NCBI RefSeq assembly: GCF_009914755.1
Contig: NC_060939.1
DNA length: 64,000 bases
Reading direction: 5' to 3' (one strand)
Origin: the human T2T-CHM13v2.0 reference genome, Homo sapiens
Under the pieces are notes generated by a model. It was not told the DNA's origin, ran no database searches, and saw only the letters and a program-made list of their open reading frames with translations. Positions within the stretch are counted from its first letter, which is position 1, and every line of letters begins with the position of its first letter. The translations under genes and the position numbers were made by a program. This document shows positions 1-11,181 of the stretch, in pieces.

Positions 1-184
1 CATGGTTGGGGAAAAATAGGTGTATAAATCAGAGTGCAAGAAAACAGATGTTATGTTCCAATTAGGATAATTTGAAAAGGATATATTATTTATGAGGAAC
101 TAATGACAAAATTTTGAGAGATTGAAGTTCATATCAGAATTTCTAAGGGCCAGAGTAACTGCTTTAATACCCAGCTTTGCATGT

Positions 185-577
185 TGTTAAACAAAGTTTA
201 GTGGAGGCCGTTGCTGTGAACTAGCCTCTTGCACTTGCTCTTAGCAGACCAGATCAAACCAGAATGGAGTCACTTAGACTAAGGGACGGTAATCAAACAA
301 TTTTGAAATGGGCCAGTTTTCCAAAACACAGGAGATTCCAGTCTGCCTGACTCAGCATAGTAAGGAAGTTCCCTCAGTTTTAACCCTATGAGGATGGTAA
401 CTTTCCAATAACCAACCCGCCTTGTGTTCTGTATTTCTGCTTTCTTCAGCCATTTTCTGCTTATAAAGCCAAATTTGTCTTCTCAACTCATCAGAATACT
501 CACTCTATGTTATAGAATCACAAATAAAAGTCAGTGAGATCTTTAAACTAAATTTGTTGTAATTTTGCCTTATAATA
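185..577 (+). mobile_element. ERV1 solo LTR (MER57/MER4-group-like)
   Basis: TGTTAAA start, GACCAGATCAAACCAGAATGGAGTCAC motif, TATAAA at ~462, AATAAA at ~523, and 3' end AGATCTTTAAACTAAATTTGTTGTAATTTTG typical of this LTR group. Confidence 0.75.
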
Positions 578-883
578 TCATTGTCTGTTTGGAAAATAAA
601 ATGCAACATACCTGTGTGCATACATCAATTATTTTATGGACAATTGACAATTGAAATGAATCGAGAAGGGGGAGAATTGAAGACAGAAGAAGATCTACCA
701 CAGCAGTCAGAATTTGTTGAGTCAAATCAGTTTTCTAATTATGAATGTATCACTTCAAGGGAATACAGTTTAAGCAAAAAGCAGTCATTTGTTGTTTGTT
801 TATGAGACACCCCTGTCTGCTGCTGGGACACATCAGCGGCATCATGAGTCTCTAGCTCCAACTCTGCAGGTGTGTTTGGTTTA

Positions 884-1088
884 CTGATTGGCTGCCCGCC
901 AAATCAGGAGCTGTTCTGCCTTATTGAAAAGCCCTGTGGTTCACAACATGTTTTCCTAAGTTTACTAAGTGGTATAAACCTCTTAATCTTAAACTGCTCT
1001 ACAGCACCTGCCCTGCCACTTCAAATTAACTTGGTCCTTGTTCTCAATCTCGATTCAGTGCATAAGCTTTTCATTGGCCAAGGTGAGT
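884..1088 (+). promoter_or_regulatory. Candidate Pol II core promoter and short first exon (reverse CCAAT box, E2F-like site, TATA box, splice donor)
   Basis: CTGATTGGCT 884-893, CCCGCCAAA 895-903, TATAAA 973-978, AAG|GTGAGT donor at 1082/1083; motif spacing only, no expression data. Confidence 0.3.
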
Positions 1089-1199
1089 GCTGAAGTAGTT
1101 TTAGCTGCTTTTTTACCCAAGAGGTACCAGGCAGCACCAACTAGCACACAGCCAGCATTAGGAGGCAGTAGTAGAGGTAAATGACAGTCTCTTCTGAAA

Positions 1200-3510
1200 A
1201 TTTTAATGCTTTGCTTTTGTATCTGAAAATTTCACTGGAATTGATTTCTTGTGTGTAGTATGAGATAGGAATCCCATTTCACTTTTTACATGGCATTTCC
1301 CCAAAGGATCATTTATTGAATAGTCCATCTTTTCCCTACTGGTTTGAAATGCCACCACTGTTAAAGATCACATTTATGTTTATATGTGTTGATCAGTTTC
1401 TAAGCACTGTATAGTATCTTATTGGTCTGAGTTTTTAAAAAATCAATGCATTATTTTAAATCAAAACTTCATTAACTCTTTAAACTTATTTAGCTTAATC
1501 TTACTATTTTGTTGAATAATACTCCCTTGCTTAATCATCAATTTTTTGAATTAAAAAATTTTGCTATAAAAATATAATTTTTGCTAAAAAAGTTCTATAA
1601 AACTTTTAAATTAGTTTATAATTTTTCCATGAAAATATCTTGTTGGGATTTTAATTGGAATTACATAAATTTATGAGTCAATTTGGGAAGGATCAATATC
1701 TTTAATGTTTGTCTATAAATACGATGTGTTTATCCATCATTTATGTCTCCCTTAATACTTTATACAAACTTTATAATTTTCTCCATAAAATATCACAAAT
1801 CTTTCATGCCACTCACTCATTCATTCATTCCTTTATATTTTTTAGAAGGCTTACTTGAACCAGAACATTTGCTAGCATACTTGTAGCATATAGATTTTTA
1901 AAATGTTTTTTCCATCAATATTTATGGTGCTTACCATAGATTTTTATGGATATGTTTTTATCAGGTTAAATGTGCTCCCTTCTAGATTTAACTTTTCCTA
2001 TGAATAGATGTTTAATTTTATTGAATGCTTTAACTCATCTGTTGAGACAGCTAAATCGTTTTCTTCTTCAAACTTAAAGTGGAAAATTATACTAATTGAT
2101 TTTTAACATCTCTAATATACATTCAACTTGATTATAATGAACTATATTTATATATCTTTTAATTTGGATTGACAACATTTTATTTAGGATATATGCACTA
2201 TTTTATAAGAGAAATTGACCTATAATTTTTTGTTCTCTAATTTTTTTATCCTTATAAAACAATTTAGTGAAGATTTTCTCATTTTCTGTTCTCTGGAAGA
2301 GCTTGTTAAAACATGTAAACGTTTAGCATAAATTACCAGTAAGTCCTAAAGTCTTAGAATTTTATGGAGGAGAGAGAGTTGGTTAAAATTTATTTATTCA
2401 ACTTCTGGTTAAGGTATATTCAGACATTTAATTTGTTATTAAGTAATATTTGATAAATACTTTCATAGGAAATTGAAAATTTGTCCAAGTTTTCAAATTT
2501 ACTGGTGTAGTTATTCAAAATATTATATTACTTTCTAAATGTTACTTTATCTTTAGCTATGAGCTTTTCTGATTCCAAATATCGTATATATGTGTTTCTC
2601 CTTTTTTTACATGATTTCTAAAACGTGTAAAATGTGTATATGCATGTATATATGGGCAGGTGTGTGTGTGTTTCTTCTGCTGTGAGAAATCTGTCTCCCA
2701 GCAACATGTTTACTATTTTTTACTGTTCTTCCCATCCCCCAATTAGGACTCATATCTGTAGGTTTCTAAAAACTGCTAACATTTCCAGTGATTCTTTACT
2801 TATAACAAGATGAACAGGATGAAAGGGCAACTTCTCCAACTTCACAGTTACGTGTCTCTGCTAAGATTCCAATTCCTTCAACCCTATATAGAATTAGCAA
2901 TTGATAACATTATTTATTATTTAATTTTATAATGCATTTAAGATAGTTTTAGAATTGTTTCATTATACTATTTAGTGTCACTCTTTACAAGAATGCTTTT
3001 GGTCTTAAAGATAATTTTTTAAATAAAATGTAGCTTTACTAATTTTCATCATTTTCTTTTCAACCTTTCAATACCTTTATATTTTAACGTTGACTTCTAT
3101 AAACAGTATATGAATTTTGTTTATGTACTGTGACAGTCTCTGTTTTTTAACCTGTTATTTTAGTTCACCTACATTTATTATGCTTACTGTGGGTATTTGG
3201 GCTTATTTCTAACATCTTATATGGTGCTTTCCATTTTTTTTCCCCCTTCTGCTTTCTCCCCTCCTATCTTGCCTTCATTGGATTGATCATTGTTGCTCTG
3301 TTTGGAAGTTATATATACTATTTTGGTTTTTTGAAGGTTGCCAATTAAATTTTGATACGGATGTGTAATTTAATAATGTCTCATATTAATATCTTTGTTA
3401 AAGATTTATGGAAGACTGAACTCTTATCACCAGTCTCTCATTTTGCACGTTATTGCTGGCAAGTATTTTATTCTATCCTGTTTTTTACCATTCTTCCCAT
3501 CCCCCAATTA
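1200..3510 (-). mobile_element. Old LINE-1 (L1ME-type) ORF2 remnant
   Basis: T-rich antisense L1 text, e.g. CATTTATTGAATAGTCCATCTTTTCCC, GGGATTTTAATTGGAATTACATAAATTT; highly diverged. Confidence 0.7.
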
Positions 3511-3686
3511 AGACTCATATCTCTAGGTTTCTAAAAACTGCTAATATTTCCAGCGATTCTTTACTTATAGCAAGATGAACAGGATGAAAGAGCAGCTTCT
3601 CCAACTTTACAGTTAGGTGTCTCTGCTAAGATTCCAATTCCTTCAACACCATATAGAATTAGCAACTGATAATATTATTTATTATT
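2716..3686 (+). repeat. Dispersed direct duplication, 206 bp x2 (2716-2921 and 3481-3686)
   Basis: Hand alignment: ungapped, about 15 mismatches in 206 bp (~93%). Confidence 0.95.
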
Positions 3687-4297
3687 AAGCATAGAGAATT
3701 GTTTCCTACAACAAAAGAATACTAATAGGAAGAAGAATCCATGTTCAGTATTTTAGCTATGAGAAAATGTCTTGAAGACTGCACTATATGCCTGAGAAAT
3801 TTTCTTCTTATTCTAAATGTCTAATAATTACCTTTTATTAGGACTTTAGCTCTGTTAAATAGAGATTAATGTGCTAAACTCAGTAATTTACTGAGCACTT
3901 GCAATGGAGTTTGTCAATATTCTCTAGAAAGCCATTAAGACTGAGATCTCTTTCTAGCCAAGCAAAACTAGAGTCGTAATAGGAAGGGGCATGAAATAAA
4001 AAAACAAGGAGAAAGACCTAGAACAGAGGACTGTAAGACTTGAGCAGTCATGAGGCAAAGTATTAAGCACCTGAGGTGAAGCCTGAGGACAGGGTTCAAG
4101 ACCGTAGTAAGCAGCAAATGGTTAGCACTATCTCCTTTTGCCTTGATGTACATACAGGTTCTAATAACACTTGCATGCCTCTTCTATTAGCATCATGTGT
4201 CCCATTTTGACTATGAATAAAGGCACTGAGGAAGTATCAATGTGAGCCTTCAAGTTTGGGATGGAAGGACAAAGAGAAACAGATGTAAATAAGCAGG

Positions 4298-4427
4298 ATT
4301 CCATGATTACTCATATGTGACCAGAGCAAGTATAAGTATGAGGCATAGCATGTACGCCATGGCCTCATACTGCTCTGCTCACATAGGAGTAATCATGGAA
4401 TGTATGAGAAGTATGAGGCATAGCATG
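4298..4427. repeat. Inverted repeat/hairpin with flanking 19-bp direct repeat
   Basis: Arm 4298-4328 pairs with 4371-4401 (29/31); inner arm 4335-4344 pairs with 4362-4371; AAGTATGAGGCATAGCATG at 4334-4352 and 4409-4427. Confidence 0.95.
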
Positions 4428-4599
4428 GGTACATCATCCTAAAGTATTGGAATTCCAGTGTAGTAACTGCAAGTGCCAAATTCAGAGGGTTATTCTGGCT
4501 CAAAGCTATCAGCAGTGAGTGAGAAGTCCAAGTCTAGGAGCTCTGGTGTTGGTGAAACCAATGCGTGGATGGTCTCACAAACAGAAATGGTTTGCTTTC

Positions 4600-4820
4600 A
4601 TTTGCCTTTTTGACCACCTACTGTGTGCCACGCAATTCATATACATTATCTCTAATGTTTCCAAGAACCTTAGAAAATTGGGGAATTACAGATCCCTATT
4701 TTATATTAAAAAAAACTGAGATTAAAACATATCAAGAGACTTGACCATTTTACAACTACCAATTGGTGGAGCTAGGATTTAATACCAGTTTATTTGACTC
4801 CAGAGTCTCTGCTTTCCCCC
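4600..4820 (-). mobile_element. MIR SINE
   Basis: Reverse-complement MIR core: CCTATTTTATA...AAACTGAG...GGAGCTAGGATTT...TGACTCCAGAGTC. Confidence 0.75.
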
Positions 4821-5679
4821 CTACCTTTGCCATCTCCCAGTGAAATAAACTCCCATTCCTTCCAATTATATCTTGAAAGCTTCAACCAAAAGCAAGGCTA
4901 AAAAAATACACATTTTTTTCCTTCTCTAAAATATATATCGTGTGGATGATCTTATTCTGCACTTTTACTGAATATCTTCTTTCTCAAGACATAATCTTTA
5001 TTAAGCACAAATCTGCCGGCAACTAATAGACATTAAAGAAGTTAGTAAAAAAATAAGATATTTTTGTTGAGAATAAGTATATGAAAAAATTGCTACCTAC
5101 TGCATGAAATTTTGAAGAAATTATGGCATATGTGACAAGAGCTCCCCACAAGGTAGCTGAGGAATAGAAAGTTTATGATTCTTGTTAGGAAAAAAATGTT
5201 TTAACATAGATCTGTAGTTGTATTTTTATTTTTTAACTGAAAATGAGGACTGGAAGATTGTCAGGGGTCTCATGTGGATTTGCACTACTTGCCAGAGAAA
5301 GTAAATAAGATTGTCACTGCAGCTGATTAATTTTCAGGACAAAATTTGCCTCTTCTGTCTTCAGTTACTGTTGCCATGGTGATGTTATGACATCAAATTT
5401 TGCACAGAAGGTTACTACTTCTTAACTGTAGACTCTTGCTTTAGCTGGATAGGAAGAATTTCTGGGTCACTTTGGGGAAGATCTTTATATGTTAAAGCAA
5501 GTGTAAGGGTGGAGAGTTATCCATTAAGATGTTGATGTCTTTTTAAATATTCTGAACATGAGTAAGAACATTGAACTCTGACTTGTATTTGCATAAATTG
5601 AAGCTTTCAGTAAAGTGCTTTTCTTTGACACTAAAAGTGCAGAATCTCTTACTAGCACTGAGCAGGAGAATGGGAAGCC

Positions 5680-5850
5680 TCACATAGTGAAAAGAGTATT
5701 AGTCTTAAGAGGGGGAAATGAAAATCCAATACTGTCTTTTACTATGTGACTGAATTTAATTCCTCTGACTTTTACTTTGCTCATTCATAAAGTATAAATA
5801 ATTTATGTTGTTGAAAAGATAAAAGGAAACTTTACAGATATAAAGTATCA
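5680..5850 (+). mobile_element. MIR SINE fragment
   Basis: ATAGTGAAAAGAGTATT...ACTATGTGAC...CTCATTCATAAAGT degenerate MIR order. Confidence 0.5.
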
Positions 5851-5851
5851 T

Positions 5852-6378
5852 TGTAGATACATTTTCTGGCCACTAGCATTCTGATTTACCTTTGGGGAAA
5901 TTATCTCTACTATTCTCAATTCATGATGTTCAGATAGGGCTGACAATGTCCTAAGATCATTGGCTGAGTTTGTGACTCAGAATTGGCTGATTAGAGCTCT
6001 GCATTCTTCTGGGCACAATAAATGGTCAGGATGGACTTGGATTAATTCAAGCCGGGCCACTGAACCCTTCTTGAGACTTTCGTTGAATACATGGAGAAAG
6101 TTACATTGTCTTTCAGGTATGTTGCTTAGGTGGTAGGATATAACTCTAAATTGATAGGCATCTTTGTTATGGTTGGAGATATTAAACCTGAAAATGAAGT
6201 TGACACACAGAGAAGCTGAGCTGAGAGAGAGATAGAAATTGTATAGTTTGACAACTTGCACCCAGAAGTGACTGACATCTGCTCCTTAACTTTCCTCAAA
6301 CTATAGTAGCTGATTTATTGCTTAAGCCAATTTGAATTTGGTTTCTATTACTTGAAACTGAAGAAATTTTGAACACCA
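5852..6378 (+). mobile_element. MaLR LTR (MLT1K-like)
   Basis: CTGATTTACCTTTGGGGAA near start; AATGAAGTTGACACACAGAGAAGC; 3' end TTGCTTAAGCCAATTTGAATTTGGTTTCTATTACTTG. Confidence 0.7.
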
Positions 6379-6677
6379 GGATCATTCTTGTGCTTATTTA
6401 TATATAATTTTAAGTTTTATATATATATATATATAATGTAAAAATTAAAATAGATAATAAAAAGTTCTTTGCAATTTAAAAATTAAAATAAAGAACAGAG
6501 AAATTTTGCTAAATAACTAGAATTTTACTCACAACTAGAATGGTCAAAAGCCAGCCATCTCTGACTTTGAAGTCACTTGCCCTTTAGATGTTTCTCATTC
6601 GAATATTTCTTTTCCCATATTAATATTTCTATTTCTGAACAATGAATTGGGTCACCTATTTGGTAAATATAATTCAC

Positions 6678-6998
6678 TTGTGCAGTGGCTTAGGCCTGTG
6701 ATCCCAACATTTTGGGAGGCCGAGACAGGCAGATTGCTTGAGTCCAGTGAGTTTGAAACCAGCCTGGGCAACATGGCAAAACCCTGTCTCTACCAAGAAA
6801 AAAAACTGCAAAAATTATCCAGGCATGGTGGCTCATGCTTGTAGTCCTAGTGACTCAGGAGACTGAGGTGGGAGGATTGCTTGTGGGAGGACTGCTTGAG
6901 CCCAGGAGGCAGAAGTTGCAGTGAGCTGTGAGCGTGCCACTGCACTCCAACCTGGGCAGCAGAGTGAAATCTTATCTCAAATATATATATACATATAT
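6678..6998 (+). mobile_element. Alu (AluJ-like), tail converted to (AT)n
   Basis: Dimeric Alu, GATTGCTTGAG and CCTGGGCAACATGGCAAAACC; 15-bp internal tandem duplication 6868-6897. Confidence 0.95.
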
Positions 6999-7059
6999 CA
7001 CTCTTTAGGGTGGCTCTTTTTTTTTGGTTTGTGTGTTTTACTTATTTTTTTATAAGCAA

Positions 7060-7800
7060 TTAATCATGAGATTAGTAATGCTGTTCAAGGAGGGACCAGT
7101 GGGTGAGAAAAGGACCAAGGCTAGAGGTCTGAAGAGGATACTATGTTGTATATGTGGAGAAAAAAGAGCCCATGAAGAAGACTGAAAATGAAGGCCATGT
7201 GTGCAGAACAAAGTCAAAGGAGTAAAAGAAACATGTAAGAAACATGTTAATGGCCAGCACATCCCAGGTCAGCACAGAAGCCTGATAAGTTAGATACTAA
7301 AAAGTTTCCCTTGAAGTCAGGATTTAGGAAGTCACTAGTGAGAGGAAGTCCATGAGATTTGTTGAGAGGCTCTATTTCAGTGGAGTGAGAATTAAGTGAA
7401 TATTAAAAAGTGGGCATTGAAAAGTAGAGATAACTCATTGAAGATTCATGGAATAAGAGGAGAAAAGAAATCAGACGGAGTTTAAAATCTTTTCAGAACA
7501 GAAGAGCCTGAGCATGCTGATTGGCTGAGGAGCAGCCAGTTTAAAGGAGATGTGACATATAAAAAGGGGAACTGATAACGGAAGGTCCCAGCTGAAGGGA
7601 AAAGAAGTGAATCCCAGAGCATACGTAAATGTGTTTCCTGGAGCAGGAGAGACACAACCTCTGAAATCAGAGAAAAGAAGGAAAAAGTGTGTGTCACTGT
7701 AGATAAGCATGTTTGTTGCAAATCAGAGAGCTAAGGAAGATCACCACTGAGAATTTTAATATTCTTGGTGAAGTAGAAGGCAAGGTTATCTATGAGATAA
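7060..7800 (-). mobile_element. LINE-2 fragment
   Basis: Purine-rich antisense L2 text, e.g. GAAGAAGACTGAAAATGAAGGCCA, GGAAGTCACTAGTGA, GTGAAGTAGAAGGCAAGGTTATCT. Confidence 0.6.
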
Positions 7801-7814
7801 GGAAATTTGGTCAC

Positions 7815-8413
7815 TGTTAAAGAGAAACAGAGTCCAATGTCCATTAAAGGCAGCAAAGCAGATTTTATTCAGACTACTGCAATGAGAGAGAAATACTTTG
7901 GTATTGACTGAGCTCAGTTTTGTTGAAACAAAATGTGGGAGTGTTTGTTTGCTGGGGTGTGACAAAGGAAAAGTACTGAAGGACACTGAGGCAGGGAAGG
8001 TGGGTCAATGTGATAAGGTCATCTGTGTATTTGTTAACTGGTGTTTATCGAAGTTAGGCTCCTGCACTCTCATATAGCCTGGAAGACAGAGCTTTAGCAT
8101 TCTTGACGATGACATTTCAAAGGGCTGACTTTCAGGTTCTTGAGAATGACATTTTTGGGTTGCAGAAGATGCATCTCAAAGGGACAAATGTTTTACAATT
8201 GCAAGTTTTCTCAAGTAGAAGGAAGGGTTCCTAAGAAAAAAGAGATCAGGGACCTATAGTCAGATTTCTGCTGGAACGAACAGTAAATTCTTTGGCCAGC
8301 ATTAAGCTTTTTCAAGCAGGCATGTTAAGGGGACTAGTGACATCATCCTAGAGGCACTACCTTGAGCTGTGAGAAGCCATGCTAGAGGTTGGACAAGGAG
8401 AGAGTGTTTGTCA
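7815..8413 (-). mobile_element. ERV1 solo LTR (MER67-like)
   Basis: TGTTAAAG start with TTTTATT (reverse AATAAA); GGTCAATGTGATAAGGTCATCTGTG, TATCGAAGTTAGGCTCCT; ends TCA. Confidence 0.7.
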
Positions 8414-8560
8414 CCATGTTGTCTTTGACTTTCTCAAGTTCATACTGAAATGGATGATACAGGTTTATATCCAGGTGTTAAAGCAGTGAGCCTGAACGTA
8501 TGAGCTAAGTTTAAGCAATCTCAGAGAAAGCTCTCTAAACTGATTATATTAAAAATTGAA

Positions 8561-8854
<294 letters not shown>

Positions 8855-9392
8855 TTATAACAGAATGTTCAGCATGGAACAGTATAGAAAACTGAAATAG
8901 AGAAGTAGATCAAAAAGAATACAGCCTCACAACTAGAATCAGAAGAGACTGTGAAGCAGAGCTGGAAGACAACACAGCCCTCCTACTTTGCCTACAGCCT
9001 TCAACACAATGTCCTATGATATGAAGTTGGTTTTAATACCACAGCATATTATTTCCTTATGCATTCAGTGTTTTGATCATTCATGAAATTTATTGAATGC
9101 TTACTCTATGCTAAGCACGGGTCTAGGGATGCAAAGTTCAATATAATTATAACTACTTATTAATTATGTGTTGTATGTGTTATGTTTAAGCTTAATTTAA
9201 CTGTCAGTAAATTGTATGTGATTCAGTCCATGAAGTGGTACTGTTTTATGAATGAATCTTTTTATTTCCTATAATGCTATGAATCCAGGGAAATTTTAGG
9301 TATTAATAATGAGACATGTTTGAACTGTGGCAGACCCAATTGACACTTGCAGGCAGCATCATTTTTCATTTTTGGGGCAAAATCCTAACATA

Positions 9393-9749
9393 AACAGTTC
9401 CCCGCTTAGGATGGTTTGACTTACTTCTCTTTTTTTTTACTTTACAATGCTACAAAAGCCTTACACACTCAGTAGAAAACATACTCCAAGTACCAATAAA
9501 ACCATTGTGTTTTTCACTTTCAGTACAGTATTCAATAAATTACATGAGAGAGTTAACACTTTATTACAAAATAGGCTTTGTATTAGATGATTTTGCCCAA
9601 TTGTAGGCTAATATAAGTGTTCTCAGCCCATTTAAGGTAGACTGGGCTAAGCTATGATGTTCAGTAGGTTCGGTGCATTAAATACATATTTTCAATTTAC
9701 GATGGATTTATTGAGGCATAACCCCATTGTAAGTTAAGGAGCAACTCTA
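9393..9749 (-). mobile_element. Non-autonomous TcMar-Tigger DNA transposon (MER47A-like)
   Basis: CTTTCAGTACAGTATTCAATAAATTACATGAG, GATGATTTTGCCCAATTGTAGGCTAAT, degenerate terminal inverted repeats, TA at both flanks. Confidence 0.75.
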
Positions 9750-9949
9750 CTGACATGATTTGATCAGATCTTTGCATTCACATGGCATTGTGTAGTGTGA
9801 TGAGGTTTACAACACATAACTAATGAATCTATGCGATTGGTAATAATCTTCATTTGGTAAATCAAGTTCAATTTTTATGGTGGATTTTTAAAAAATTTGT
9901 CTGCATGCACTTTACATCGTTTTTATGATAACCAATGAGTCCATGAGAC

Positions 9950-10140
9950 TAGTGATGCCACAAACTTGGGTTTGAATTTGTGCAAGTTACTTATTTTCCA
10001 CATTTGTGGATTTGTGCAAGTTACTTATTTTCCACATTTATAAGAAGAAAATTTTAGTATTTACTTTACAGAGTTAGATGGGAATTAAATAAATTTTTGT
10101 AGGCTACTCATACAGCCAAAGCTGAGCATATTTATGTATT
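9950..10140 (+). mobile_element. MIR fragment containing a perfect 30-bp duplication (9976-10005 / 10010-10039)
   Basis: GGGTTTGAAT...GCAAGTTACTT MIR core; ATTTGTGCAAGTTACTTATTTTCCACATTT twice. Confidence 0.65.
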
Positions 10141-10872
10141 AATATGGTAATATCTGTTTGCTTTAAGACATTTTTAGGTAGTTTTAATGAATGACAAATT
10201 TTTAAAAAAATTGTCCAGATTGTACTATATAGAAGAGATACTTCATATGCCTTATATCCTAATCCAACTTATTTTCAGAAATAATATTTTCAGGAAGGTA
10301 AGCCATTTAATAATTCCAAGATCCTTTAGGTAGAAGCTTTAGTTATACTGTGGTGATGTATAATCAGACTGAGAATGAGACAGAGATGTCTCAGAACACC
10401 TCAGCAGGAGAGCAAAGCTCCGTGACTGTGAGTCCATAATCTGGCTTTGGAGGAGTCAAGTCTCACAGTGTAGGGCCCAACTGCAGAGGTCAGCGCTGAG
10501 AATAGTTGTCCTAGAGAGACCTCACTAGAGCCATTGTTCTGGTCTACAGGTACTTGAGTGCAGGATTGGACCATGATGTCAAGAACAACAACAACAACAA
10601 AAAACAACAAATGCTCAAGGAAGGGGAAACTAGACCCTATATAAAAACAAACAGTTATAGGGACTTTGTGCTAAAACATAATAACTTATTAACTTTCTAC
10701 AAACAAAGTTAAAGATTTAGCCTAGATCTTGGAGTAGAGCTGAACTTGCAGGTTTTTAACTTTCACTACTTACCAATTTGTATATCAAGAACATGGAAGA
10801 TGTTAAATAATTCAGGCTAACAAAAAGAGAAAGGTTATAGAGTATGAACTAGGTAAGGCATTTCATTAGCTA

Positions 10873-11181
<309 letters not shown>

